Shown here piece after piece: positions 9,285 to 19,211 of a DNA stretch of 64,000 nucleotides; position 1 is the stretch's first letter, and every line of letters begins with the position of its first letter. Origin of the DNA: Bacillota bacterium (lineage in GTDB: Bacteria > Bacillota > UBA994); contig JAGXTJ010000055.1 in NCBI GenBank assembly GCA_018333655.1, positions 103,659 to 167,658 of the forward strand. Direction: 5' to 3'. The position numbers were made by a program, and so were the translations under genes. Under the pieces are notes generated by a model that was not told where the DNA came from, did no database searches, and saw only the letters and a program-made list of their open reading frames with translations.

Positions 9285-10115
9285 CTAGCGAGGCTCGAGT
9301 GTAATAATGGCCACCTCAGGTCGTGCCAGAAAGCGCAGAGGTAAGATTACCCACCCTATACCCCGAGAAATGTATAGCCACCCCGTGCCTTCCCACGACA
9401 AACCCTCTATATAGTCGCGCGGGAAGAGGCGACGCGAGCCGTTAGTGATAGCGCCCACTAACGGCAATTTTACTTGCCCACCATGCGTGTGCCCACATAG
9501 GGTGAGCGCCACCCGTCGTAGTATGGCGCGCTCCTCGCGAAAGCGCCCTGCCTTGGCGAAAGCCTCAAAGTAGGAAGGCGAGTGCGCCAAGAGCAAGCAC
9601 ACCTCGTTAGGTGACTCCGGCGGCATGGCCTGTGCTAAGTTGCCGCGGCCGCTAAAGGGGTCGCGCACGCCGACGACATACACACGCGCCGCCTGCCGCT
9701 GCAAAACAACATGCGCATCATCTAGCACAGTGACACCCACGCCCTTAAGTTCCGCGGCGACCTCGTCCCAACCCGCATCATGGTCATGATTGCCGCTGAC
9801 CGCATAAATAGGCATCTCTGTCGACAAGGCCCCCAAGAAGGGCAAGAAAGCCTTTATTTCTTGAACCCTATGCGTGACAAAGTCGCCCGAAATAGTGACG
9901 AAATCAACTTGGGCCTCGCGAATTGCGCGCGCTAGCGTACCATCTGGAGATAGCGCTCGTCCGTGCAAATCAGAGATATGGGCTATCTTTAGCCCTGCAA
10001 ACTCGTGCGGCAAACCCTCCACGGGTATAGTCAACTTTTTCACCTGTAGGGAGAGCGAGTACCACCACAAACCGAGAACAAGTAAGACGCCAACTAAGAG
10101 CGCTGTCAATTGCAC
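9285..10115 (-). CDS. Membrane-anchored calcineurin-like metallophosphoesterase (YkuE-like)
   Basis: HISDLH, GDF, GNHD, GHTHGGQ, YISRGIG motifs; GTG start after GGAGG. Confidence 0.9.
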   Translation of the reverse strand: MQLTALLVGVLLVLGLWWYSLSLQVKKLTIPVEGLPHEFAGLKIAHISDLHGRALSPDGTLARAIREAQVDFVTISGDFVTHRVQEIKAFLPFLGALSTEMPIYAVSGNHDHDAGWDEVAAELKGVGVTVLDDAHVVLQRQAARVYVVGVRDPFSGRGNLAQAMPPESPNEVCLLLAHSPSYFEAFAKAGRFREERAILRRVALTLCGHTHGGQVKLPLVGAITNGSRRLFPRDYIEGLSWEGTGWLYISRGIGWVILPLRFLARPEVAIITLEPR

Positions 10116-10131
10116 GCGACTTACTCCTCCT

Positions 10132-10806
10132 TCATCGCACTTTTTCGGGGTTCCCTTCATTTTCTATGTAGTGGTTGAGCTCGGCATGCCAGGCATCCGG
10201 CTCAGAGGTGCCTATTTCTGTACTTTCCCCAAACAAAAGGTCTACAATGTAGCGCGGAGTCTTGCCCCCAATGTGCATCGACTTTATGCAAGAGACGCAG
10301 TAGACGACTACTTCTGGCACTGGCATGGCCTCGGCACGCCTACGCATGCGTTCTTTCACCTCATCGACCGGCAAGACGCCATAGAAGCTATCGCCGCAGC
10401 ACACTGCGGTAGCACGCGATGAATCGGTTTCCCTGACAGATATATTCATGCGTTCTAGGAGACGCCGTATGGCGATATGAACGCGATCCTCGGTGCGTGT
10501 GGGACAGGCATCTTGCACAGTCATCATCTGACCGCCATAGTCAGGAAAGGGGAAAGTGTCGTCCTCTGCCAGCACCTCCCACAGCGAAATGGTAGTTAAA
10601 CCTGCGTACTGCGCGCGAAAGCGGCGGTCGCAGCCAGCACAAGTATTTACTAGCTGCGACCCCTCGGGTAAGGGGGGAGCATGCCGGCAACACGCGGTAT
10701 ATAGAGGTATGTCGTCCCCTCCCCTCTGCAAAAAGGTGTGTACCTTCTTAGCTAAGGCAGGCTTGTAGACCATGAGGGCGCAACCAGGAGCATAAACTTT
10801 TTTCAT
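10132..10806 (-). CDS. Cysteine-rich (CCG-type) Fe-S binding protein
   Basis: APGC, CC, CAGC, QDAC, CCGDS, YCVSC motifs. Confidence 0.7.
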   Translation of the reverse strand: MKKVYAPGCALMVYKPALAKKVHTFLQRGGDDIPLYTACCRHAPPLPEGSQLVNTCAGCDRRFRAQYAGLTTISLWEVLAEDDTFPFPDYGGQMMTVQDACPTRTEDRVHIAIRRLLERMNISVRETDSSRATAVCCGDSFYGVLPVDEVKERMRRRAEAMPVPEVVVYCVSCIKSMHIGGKTPRYIVDLLFGESTEIGTSEPDAWHAELNHYIENEGNPEKVR

Positions 10807-10817
10807 AGTAACCTCCG

Positions 10818-11180
10818 CTATCTTCTCAGTAATACCACCGTAACGCCGGCATTGCCAGCTATGCTGGCTTCGCAGCTGGCCAGATCGCTACAGATGCCGA
10901 CAAATTCCCGCTTCTTAAGCGACCACTCGTCGCCACCCACAAAGTCGCGCACGACGCCGCACAGACTAGTCTCGCGCAGACTTTTCTTGACGGCACTCTT
11001 GATGGCACCACCCGTGCCCGATGAACCATAGCCATGGATAACAATCACGGCTCGGTATCCCATGCGCTTGTAAGTAAGCAAGGCATTGATCAGCGTTCTG
11101 ATGGCCTCTGCCACTAGCGGCTGCCCTGCCTCTAAGTTTAGCTCGATAACTTTTCCTTTTGGTAGTCCATTACTTCTCAC
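10818..11180 (-). CDS. Stand-alone Smr (small MutS-related) domain protein
   Basis: ELNLE..., VIHGYGSSGTGG, GNAGVTVVLL. Confidence 0.8.
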   Translation of the reverse strand: MRSNGLPKGKVIELNLEAGQPLVAEAIRTLINALLTYKRMGYRAVIVIHGYGSSGTGGAIKSAVKKSLRETSLCGVVRDFVGGDEWSLKKREFVGICSDLASCEASIAGNAGVTVVLLRR

Positions 11181-12397
11181 TTCTCCATCAAGACACCCTT
11201 CTGCAACGCTGTCTCGGACATAGCTACACGGCCCTCAAACTGCAGACCGCGCACCCACAGCGCAGTTACAAACAATAGTACACCGGTAAAAATAAATACG
11301 CCCTGAATTGAGAAGGCCTCGCCAATGGCTCCTCCCACCATCGGGCCTAGGAAAAAGCCAAACTGGGCGAAACTCGAGCTAAAGCCAAAGGCGCGACCGC
11401 GAAAATCTGCCGTCACGGACTTAGCGATCAAAGAATGGCAGGCTGGCATTAGTGCGGCTATAAAGAGACCGTAGGCAAACCTATATAGCCCGAGAGACCA
11501 GAGATCACGGGCGAAGATGTGCAGCAGTGCCAGTATGCCGCCACCCACAAGCCCTGCCGTAAGGACAAAACGAAAACCGCGTTTTTCGCCTACACTTCCC
11601 CAGCGGGGCGCAGCAATAACTGTCGCAATTCCCACGAGAGAGAAGATGGCCCCGGTAGCGAGTTCGCCGCTTCCGCCCCCACCAACTTCCTGCACAAAGA
11701 GGGGTAGCACCGGCTGCAAGAACGAGGCTGCGGCTTGGAACAACAAGACAACCAGCAGCATGCTGAGCAAAAAGCGGTGCGAAAAAGTGAACTTAAGGTC
11801 GCGCCACAAATCTGTCTTCATTTGTGCCTTGCCAACCACCGTCTCACGCACACCCCATACAACTATGGCTGAGGCCGCCAAGAGCATCACGCCCGCCCAG
11901 AGCAAAGTGTACTTGATGCCCAAAAAGTGACTGGTGACCCCACCAATCAAGGGCCCCATTATGGCCCCTAGGGCTCCTCCCGTCTGGAGAAAGCCGAGGG
12001 CTGAGCCTAGCTTTTCGTCTGGAGTGTTGCAAGCCACTAAGGCTGTGGAGGCCGGAATAAAACCGCTCACCAGTCCATTCAATAATCGCAAGACGATTAC
12101 CTGCCACAATGAAGTGGCATAGGCCATAACTACGTAAATGACGGCCATGCCCAGGCCAGCGCGCACAATCATAACCTTGCGGCCATGTTTATCGGCTAAG
12201 GCCCCCCACACCGGAGCCATAAAACTACTCATTAAGAAACTCGCCGAAATGGCGATGCCTGTCCATAGTTTAAGATTGTGCCCGACACCAACTTCACGCA
12301 AAATGTTCGGCATAAATGGACTGACGATGGAAAAACTCATGCCCGCCACAAAGGTACCCACCCACAAGACGAATAGATTTTTGCGCCACTGCTCCAC
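11177..12397 (-). CDS. MFS drug:H+ antiporter (MdtG/DHA1-like)
   Basis: WRKNLFVLW, PVWGALADKHGRKVM, LNGLVSGFIPA, GPLIGG; GTG start at 12397. Confidence 0.88.
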   Translation of the reverse strand: MEQWRKNLFVLWVGTFVAGMSFSIVSPFMPNILREVGVGHNLKLWTGIAISASFLMSSFMAPVWGALADKHGRKVMIVRAGLGMAVIYVVMAYATSLWQVIVLRLLNGLVSGFIPASTALVACNTPDEKLGSALGFLQTGGALGAIMGPLIGGVTSHFLGIKYTLLWAGVMLLAASAIVVWGVRETVVGKAQMKTDLWRDLKFTFSHRFLLSMLLVVLLFQAAASFLQPVLPLFVQEVGGGGSGELATGAIFSLVGIATVIAAPRWGSVGEKRGFRFVLTAGLVGGGILALLHIFARDLWSLGLYRFAYGLFIAALMPACHSLIAKSVTADFRGRAFGFSSSFAQFGFFLGPMVGGAIGEAFSIQGVFIFTGVLLFVTALWVRGLQFEGRVAMSETALQKGVLMEK

Positions 12398-12577
12398 GCA
12401 CCCTACGCCTCCCTGCTCTCTGCTGTCTTCAGCTATTGGTTGCCCTGTTGCGGCTGAATTACAAGACAGCGCTTTCGTGTCAAAGTGCTCCGCACTTCTT
12501 CTATATACGAAATTATAACAGAAACAAGTAGACCGCGACAGTAGCATCTGGCTACAGCGCGGCCTACTTTTCTTTGT

Positions 12578-15500
12578 CTAAGCCTCTTCGGGCTCGTGAC
12601 CATTTCGCCTGCGCAAAGTAACCAAGTCGTAGGCGATGGGAATGATGTAGAGCGTCAAGATGGTGGAGACTGTGAGCCCCCCAATGACCGCAATACCCAG
12701 GGGCTGCTGCATTTCGGCACCAGAACCAGGCATAACGGCTAGGGGCACCAGCGCCAGTACCGTTGTGGCGGTTGTCATAAGAATCGGCCTTAGACGCACA
12801 CCGGCCGCCTCTACAATAGCCTCTTCCACTCCCTTACCCCGCTCACGCAACTGATTGATGTAGTCAACAAGCACGATGGCATTATTGACCACGATGCCGG
12901 CCAGGACGATAATGCCCATAACTGAGGGCACGCTGAGCGTAGTTCCAGTAAAGAACAAGGCAAGTAGCACCCCAATGATCGCTAAGGGCAGGCTGAACAT
13001 CACGATAAGTGGGTACAGCAAGGACTCAAATTGTGCGGCCATGACCATGTACACCAATACTATGGCCAGCACCAACGCTAGAGTCAAGCCATCAAAGGCC
13101 TCTCTCATTTCAGACATTTCGCCGGCAATTTCGTAACTGTAGTCATCAGGCAGCGAGAGTGTCTGCAGTTTTTGCTCTACATCGCGCGACACGCTTTGTA
13201 GGTCGCGCTCGGCAATGCTAGCAGAAATTGACACTACTCTTTGGTTGTTCAGACGTCTAATAGCCGCCGGGCCAACGCCGGGCTCTACACTGGCGACGTC
13301 TTTGAGTCTGACAATACGGCCCTGTGGAGCTGCCACCATAAGATTTTCGAGGGCACTTAGATTTTGGCGAGCCGCTTCGGTTAGCCTAACGGTGACATCA
13401 ATCTCTCGCCCCTCACGCGAAACACGGGCCACCGTCTCTCCTTGGAAAGCAGTGCGCACCGCACTAGCTACAGCCATGGGCGAGACACCTAGCTCGGCCG
13501 CTTCTGTCCTCTTGACCCGAATGACGAATTCAGAGGCACCCACCCCCATATTGTCCGTCACTTCGGTGATGCCCTCCACTTCGGCTAAGGCGTTCTTAAT
13601 CTCGTCCGCATGTAGGCGCAGACCCTCAAGACTCGGGCCAGAAAGATTGACTTGCACTGGCGAACCCGTGCCAAACATGCCCCCACCCATGCCGGCCACG
13701 CTATCGGCAACCACTGTGGCCCCGGCAAAAGTGGCATACTGCTCATTAAGGTCTGCGGCTAAGTCTGCCCCGCTTTGCCCGGGGTGCAGCACCACAGTCA
13801 TGGTGGCCCTATTACGCCTTGCGCTACCGCCACCCATGATGGGGCCACGAGTTCCCGTCACCCCGATAGACGTGGCCACTGACAAAACTTCGCCCCGGGC
13901 TATAAGCTCTGCTTCAATTTCTCGAGCCACCCTGTCTGTCTCCGCGAACGCACTGCCACTTGGCAGGGTCACGGTTACGCGTAGTTCCCCTTGATCCATA
14001 GGGGGGATAAACTCACCTCCAAGGTGAGGAAAAGTCAGCAAGCTACCTCCCAAGAGAACGAGAGTGACCAACATGACCAGCGGCTTCCTCTGTAACGCCC
14101 ACCTTAGGCTGCGCTGGTAAGGGGAATAACGCGCTTGGCGTTCCGTACTAATTTTGGGACGGGCTCGAAGCAAGGTGGCTGCCAGCATGGGCACCACTAA
14201 GAGCGCTACCGCCAAACTGGCTATTAGCGAGAAACTAACGGTCAAAGCGAGCTCTCTAAACATCAGCCCCGTAATGCCCCCGACAAAGGCTACGGGCAAG
14301 AAGACGGCCACTGTCGTCAGCGTAGACGCAGATATGGCCATGGCCACCTCTTCAGCCCCCCGCCGCGCCGCGAGCAAACTGTCGACGCCCTCCTCTTGCA
14401 GACGAAAGATGTTCTCGAGCACGACGATAGAGTTATCAACGAGCATCCCTATGCCTAGCGCTAGCCCCATAAGAGTCATGAGGTTGAGTGTCAGGTTGCC
14501 AAAGTAGATAAGCACAAAGGTCGCCACCACCGATATTGGTACTGCCAAGGCGATAATAAGAGTAGTGGTAATGCTCTTTAAGAAGACGAATAACACCAGC
14601 ACGGCAATGATGCCACCGTACAGGGCATTTGTGCCGACTGAGCCAATGGCCTGCTCGATAAAGCGCGACTGATCCTGGGTCGCAACTATAGCCAAGTCCG
14701 GATAATCAGTCCGCATCATATCTAGCTCAGCTTTGACTAGGTTCGCTACTAGGACTGTATTAGCGCCAGACTCTTTTTGCATGCGCAGCGACACCGCTGG
14801 CAAAGAATTTAAGCGCATAACTGACTGAGCAAAGGGGTTAGCCAGAGCCACTGTAGCGACCTGCTTTAAGAGCACCGGCTCGAGGCTGGTTGTAAACTGC
14901 GGCTCCATTAAGGCAGGGGGTAGATTTACACCCGCCGGCAAAGGCAGGCGCACAGCCACGGGGGCTGGCGTGCGTATAGTTCGCATACCCACGACTAAAT
15001 TCTCTACTTCGGTCAAAGAAACTAGTTGCCCGACACTCCTAATTAACACTTCTTCGCCCTCGATGTTAAGGACACCGCCAGGCATACTCATGCTCGCGGT
15101 GCGCAAGCTGCCGGTAATCTGGGCGAGAGTTATACCTAGGGCCTCGCTCCTCGCGGGGTCGACACTGACTTCGATGACCGACTGCTGGCCCCCGACCACC
15201 GTCACTGAGGCCACGCCAGGCAGCCTTTCGATACGAGCGGCTAGAGTGCGGTCGGCCAAGTCGCGTAATTCGGCCGAAGTTAGTTTGTCCGAACCGATGT
15301 CCGTCACCATGATGGGCATCATCGCGGGGTCAAACTTAAGGACGGTGGGCGTGCCGACTTCGGCGGGGAAGAATCGCTTGGCTAAATCGACTTTTTCACG
15401 CATCTCTAGCGTGGCAAAATCCATATTAGTTCCCCAGTTAAAAGAAATGGTGATGACCGCTTGCCCTTCGGAGGATGTCGACTCTACCTCGCGCATATTG

Positions 15501-15724
15501 CTCACCGTGGCGAGAGTGGCCTCTAGGGGCCGCGTGACCAGGGCTTCAATTTCTTGCGGAGCGGCCCCAGGGAAGGTGACCACAACCGCGGCCATGGGAA
15601 ACTCCATGTTGGGGAGCAGGTCGACGGGGGTGCGCGTGTAAGACATCACCCCAAGGACGAGAGTAACTAAGACCATCATCAACACGGTAATGCGTTTTTT
15701 GGTGGCAAAAGCGGGGATAGACAA
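12578..15724 (-). CDS. RND family efflux permease (AcrB/SwrC-like)
   Basis: 1048 aa; GMLVDNSIVVLENI, GIVVNNAIVLVD, RLRPILMT. Confidence 0.95.
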   Translation of the reverse strand: MSIPAFATKKRITVLMMVLVTLVLGVMSYTRTPVDLLPNMEFPMAAVVVTFPGAAPQEIEALVTRPLEATLATVSNMREVESTSSEGQAVITISFNWGTNMDFATLEMREKVDLAKRFFPAEVGTPTVLKFDPAMMPIMVTDIGSDKLTSAELRDLADRTLAARIERLPGVASVTVVGGQQSVIEVSVDPARSEALGITLAQITGSLRTASMSMPGGVLNIEGEEVLIRSVGQLVSLTEVENLVVGMRTIRTPAPVAVRLPLPAGVNLPPALMEPQFTTSLEPVLLKQVATVALANPFAQSVMRLNSLPAVSLRMQKESGANTVLVANLVKAELDMMRTDYPDLAIVATQDQSRFIEQAIGSVGTNALYGGIIAVLVLFVFLKSITTTLIIALAVPISVVATFVLIYFGNLTLNLMTLMGLALGIGMLVDNSIVVLENIFRLQEEGVDSLLAARRGAEEVAMAISASTLTTVAVFLPVAFVGGITGLMFRELALTVSFSLIASLAVALLVVPMLAATLLRARPKISTERQARYSPYQRSLRWALQRKPLVMLVTLVLLGGSLLTFPHLGGEFIPPMDQGELRVTVTLPSGSAFAETDRVAREIEAELIARGEVLSVATSIGVTGTRGPIMGGGSARRNRATMTVVLHPGQSGADLAADLNEQYATFAGATVVADSVAGMGGGMFGTGSPVQVNLSGPSLEGLRLHADEIKNALAEVEGITEVTDNMGVGASEFVIRVKRTEAAELGVSPMAVASAVRTAFQGETVARVSREGREIDVTVRLTEAARQNLSALENLMVAAPQGRIVRLKDVASVEPGVGPAAIRRLNNQRVVSISASIAERDLQSVSRDVEQKLQTLSLPDDYSYEIAGEMSEMREAFDGLTLALVLAIVLVYMVMAAQFESLLYPLIVMFSLPLAIIGVLLALFFTGTTLSVPSVMGIIVLAGIVVNNAIVLVDYINQLRERGKGVEEAIVEAAGVRLRPILMTTATTVLALVPLAVMPGSGAEMQQPLGIAVIGGLTVSTILTLYIIPIAYDLVTLRRRNGHEPEEA

Positions 15725-16309
15725 TTATATTCCTCCTGACTTAACAATGCCGCTGGTTACTAACTTGGTCAGTGTAGCGATTACCGAGTCGAGATCGGCA
15801 ACCGGATCCGCCTTGTCAAAGGCAAAAATAGAATGATTGATGCTGCCGGCAATGGCTCGCGCCATGATCGCAGCGTCAAACTCTGCCAACACACCTAACG
15901 CTTGCCCGCGCTCAAGTATACCGTGGACAAAAGTGAAGTACTGCTGATAACTAGCCATCAGCTCCTGGCTAAACTCCTTGGGGAGAGTCACCAAGTCGGA
16001 CTGGCTCATCAGCACTTTAGCAAAACCGATATGTCGATATGTCTGTGTGGCATGCTCTTTGATAAGAGCTTCAATTTGTTTTACCGGGGATACCTCACTA
16101 TCCACTTTCTCTTTGATGGCTGCCCCCATTCCCTCAATGCCTCGGCGAAAAAGAGCAGCTAGGAGGCTATCTTTACTGCGAAAGTAAAGATACACCGTAC
16201 CCTTGGCCACACCTGCCCTCTCGGCAATTTCTTCAATAGAAGCTTCGTGACAACCTTTTTCTGTGACCACTTCTAGTGCCGCCTGGAGAATAAGCTCTTG
16301 CTTGCCCAT
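15725..16309 (-). CDS. TetR/AcrR family regulator
   Basis: HTH IEEIAERAGVAKGTVYLYFRSK. Confidence 0.93.
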   Translation of the reverse strand: MGKQELILQAALEVVTEKGCHEASIEEIAERAGVAKGTVYLYFRSKDSLLAALFRRGIEGMGAAIKEKVDSEVSPVKQIEALIKEHATQTYRHIGFAKVLMSQSDLVTLPKEFSQELMASYQQYFTFVHGILERGQALGVLAEFDAAIMARAIAGSINHSIFAFDKADPVADLDSVIATLTKLVTSGIVKSGGI

Positions 16310-16318
16310 GCGCCCTCC

Positions 16319-16342
16319 TTATGACTGACTGGTCAGTCATAA
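16319..16342. promoter_or_regulatory. Palindromic TetR-type operator
   Basis: TTATGACTGAC-TG-GTCAGTCATAA, 11-bp perfect arms, immediately upstream of the tetR SD. Confidence 0.8.
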
Positions 16343-16380
16343 CTATTCTAAGCGGAGTCAAAACGAAAGTCAATTTACGA

Positions 16381-16406
16381 GAGGAATATCTGACCTAGCG
16401 GCGAAT
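16381..16406 (+). promoter_or_regulatory. SigH-like promoter upstream of prolyl oligopeptidase
   Basis: GAGGAAT...GCGAAT at consensus spacing. Confidence 0.5.
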
Positions 16407-16440
16407 CTAACCATAGTTTCTTAAATACGGGAGGTGGCTT

Positions 16441-18465
16441 ATGCGAAGACAAGATGTAGTTGTCGATGATTTTCATGGTACGAAGGTAAGAGACCCCTAT
16501 CGTTATCTGGAGGACGAAAAAGACCCCGCCACTCTAAGCTTTATTGCCGAACATGCGGCTCGTGCCGCGGACTTTTTGTCGGCCCTTCCTAGCCGGGAGG
16601 AAATCAAAAAAAGGCTCACCGAGCTATGGGACTACCCCAAGCACGGTGCGCCAAGAAAAGTGGCAGACAAGTATTACTATCTGAAGAACGATGGTCTGCA
16701 AAACCAAGCCGTATTCTACCGGCTAGACACCTTAGGTGGCACACCAGAAATAATCCTCGACCCCAACACTTTAAGCAGCGATGGCACTGTTGCCCTCGCG
16801 ACCACTTCCGTCTCTCGTGACGGCAAGCTTCTGGCGTATGCCTGCTCGTCCAGCGGCAGCGACTGGCAAGAAGTGCGCGTCAAGGATTTAGAAAGTGGCC
16901 AGACCTACGCTGATGTACTGCACCACGTCAAATATACCAGTCTATCGTGGCTGCCTGATAGTAGCGGCTTCTTTTACAGCCGTTTTCCTGACCCTGCAAC
17001 CGTACCGCCAGAGGAGCAAAGCTACCACAGCAAAATATACTTTCATCGAGTAGGTACGGATCAGCTCTGCGATGAGCTGATTTACGAACGTCCTGACGCC
17101 AAGGAACTAGGCTTCGCGGCACAGGTGTCTGAAGACGGTGCTTACCTATACATCTATGTGTGGCATGGCACGGACCCCGAAAACAGATTCTACTACCAGA
17201 GCCTCGCCCCACGGGGCGAAACTGTCCGCCTCCTCGATGACGCCGATGCCAGCTACGAAGTACTAGGCAATGATGGCCATATGTTTTACTTTTTGACCAA
17301 CCTTGAGGCCCCACATGGCAGGGTCATTGCCATAGATATTTTGCGCCCTGAACGAGCCAACTGGAAAGAAATCATTGCCGCGACAGGCGACACCATCGCC
17401 GACGCCAAGTTCTACAACCGCAAATTTGTCGTGACCTACCTCACTCACGCGCATCACCAAGTTGCAATATATAGCCAAAGCGGCCGGCGCGAAAGGGGCA
17501 TCGAACTCCCCACCCTAGGCTCGCTCATCAGCACTACAGGGCAGATGAAGGATAGCGAAATGTTCCTTAGTTTTACTTCTTTTCTGTTTCCCACCACTGT
17601 CTATCGCTATGATTTTACCGACCATACTCTCTCCCCCCTGTGGGCGGGAAACGTAAAATTCGACCCCACGGACTATGAAACCAAGCAAGAGTTTTGTATC
17701 TCGCCGGACGGCACGCGTATTCCGCTCTTTATCACTCACAAGAAGGGGCTGGCGCGTTCTCATCAGACACCCACCCTTCTCTACGGCTATGGCGGCTTCA
17801 ATGTCAACATGACCCCCTTCTTTTCCGTCGACAACCTCGTCTGGATGGAGCGCGGCGGGGTCTATGCCCTAGCTGTTCTCCGCGGCGGAGGCGAGTACGG
17901 CGAAAACTGGCACCGTGCTGGCATGTTGGCTAAGAAGCAGAATGTCTTTGACGATTTTCATGCCGCGGCAAGGCACCTTGTAAGCGCTGGGTATACCTCG
18001 CCTCGCCACCTCGCCATTATGGGGGGTAGCAATGGCGGCCTGCTGGTAGCTGCCTGCATGCTGCAGCGGCCCGAGCTATATGGCGCAGTTATCTGCCAGG
18101 TGCCGGTCATAGATATGTTACGCTACCATAAATTTACCGTCGGTCGCTACTGGGTAGGCGAGTACGGCAACGCCGAAGCAAGCGAGGAGCACTTTAAATT
18201 CATGCATGCCTACTCGCCACTGCACAATGTAAAGTCTGGCGTGGACTACCCGCCCACCCTCATTATGACCGCCGACACCGACGACCGCGTGGTGCCAGCC
18301 CATGCTTTTAAGTTCATGGCCACCCTAGAAGAGCACTACCAAGGCCAGAACCCTCTGCTTTTACGCATAGAAATAAAGGCCGGCCATGGAGCTGGCAAGC
18401 CTACCGCAAAAATTATTGATGAAGATGCCGATATCTATGCCTTTCTAACCGCTACCATCTGCTAA
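16441..18465 (+). CDS. Prolyl oligopeptidase (peptidase S9A)
   Basis: DPYRYLE, YGYGGFN, GGSNGGLL (Ser), DDRVVP (Asp), AGHGAG (His). Confidence 0.96.
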   Translation: MRRQDVVVDDFHGTKVRDPYRYLEDEKDPATLSFIAEHAARAADFLSALPSREEIKKRLTELWDYPKHGAPRKVADKYYYLKNDGLQNQAVFYRLDTLGGTPEIILDPNTLSSDGTVALATTSVSRDGKLLAYACSSSGSDWQEVRVKDLESGQTYADVLHHVKYTSLSWLPDSSGFFYSRFPDPATVPPEEQSYHSKIYFHRVGTDQLCDELIYERPDAKELGFAAQVSEDGAYLYIYVWHGTDPENRFYYQSLAPRGETVRLLDDADASYEVLGNDGHMFYFLTNLEAPHGRVIAIDILRPERANWKEIIAATGDTIADAKFYNRKFVVTYLTHAHHQVAIYSQSGRRERGIELPTLGSLISTTGQMKDSEMFLSFTSFLFPTTVYRYDFTDHTLSPLWAGNVKFDPTDYETKQEFCISPDGTRIPLFITHKKGLARSHQTPTLLYGYGGFNVNMTPFFSVDNLVWMERGGVYALAVLRGGGEYGENWHRAGMLAKKQNVFDDFHAAARHLVSAGYTSPRHLAIMGGSNGGLLVAACMLQRPELYGAVICQVPVIDMLRYHKFTVGRYWVGEYGNAEASEEHFKFMHAYSPLHNVKSGVDYPPTLIMTADTDDRVVPAHAFKFMATLEEHYQGQNPLLLRIEIKAGHGAGKPTAKIIDEDADIYAFLTATIC

Positions 18466-18476
18466 AGTACAGTCAC

Positions 18477-19211
18477 TTAGGCGAGAGTCTCGGTGCGCGA
18501 CCCCACAGAGACAAAATCGCGCAGAAAACCTGGCCGAGGGTTCGCCAGCACCACACTCGGTGGGCCGTCAGCTATGATACGGCCATCATTCATGACCAAC
18601 AGGCGATCGGCGAGATGAGCGACCTCACTGTAAGAGTGAGTCACCAACACGCCGGTCGTCCTGCTTTCTGTCAGCCAACCACGCAAATGACGCAGGATGT
18701 AGGCTTGCGACTCCACGTCGAGGCCAGAAAATGGTTCGTCAAGAAATAGTATTTGTGGGCTAGTGATTAGTGCGCGCGCCAAACTCACCCTTGCTCCTTC
18801 GCCGCCGCTCAGCGTCTGTGGGAGACGTGCGGCCAGGTTTTCTGCCTGCACGAGGGAGAGCCACTTGCGCGCGGCAATTTCAGCCTCACCGCGCCCCATA
18901 CCCCTAAGGAGCAAAGGAAGGGCGACATTGTAGAGCACATCTCCCCGCAAGAAGGCAGGGCTTTGGAAACCATGGGCATACTGACGCATAATTGCCAGAC
19001 GTTCATGCTGTAGGTTTTTCACTTGCCCATGCAGCACGTAAGCAGAACAAGAAAAGGCGGCCAACAGGCCTAAGGCCTTAACGAGGGAAGACTTGCCCGC
19101 GCCATTTCGCCCAATAATGGCCACAAATGGCCCCTCGCTCAAACAAATTCTCTCAATGCCGAGAATCTTACGTTCGTGGCGTACCATATTAATATCACGC
19201 ACTTCAAGCAC
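18477..19211 (-). CDS. ABC transporter ATP-binding protein (TupC/ModC-like)
   Basis: GRNGAGKSS, LSGGE, FLDEPF; GTG start overlaps the permease stop. Confidence 0.8.
   Translation of the reverse strand: MLEVRDINMVRHERKILGIERICLSEGPFVAIIGRNGAGKSSLVKALGLLAAFSCSAYVLHGQVKNLQHERLAIMRQYAHGFQSPAFLRGDVLYNVALPLLLRGMGRGEAEIAARKWLSLVQAENLAARLPQTLSGGEGARVSLARALITSPQILFLDEPFSGLDVESQAYILRHLRGWLTESRTTGVLVTHSYSEVAHLADRLLVMNDGRIIADGPPSVVLANPRPGFLRDFVSVGSRTETLA

Noticed and set aside
13215..15641. Long plus-strand ORFs (259 and 223 aa) and similar antisense ORFs elsewhere (e.g. 19271-19837, 24093-24656, 40745-41371, 53400-54011)
   Set aside because: They lie antisense to well-supported genes and have no motifs; typical shadow ORFs.
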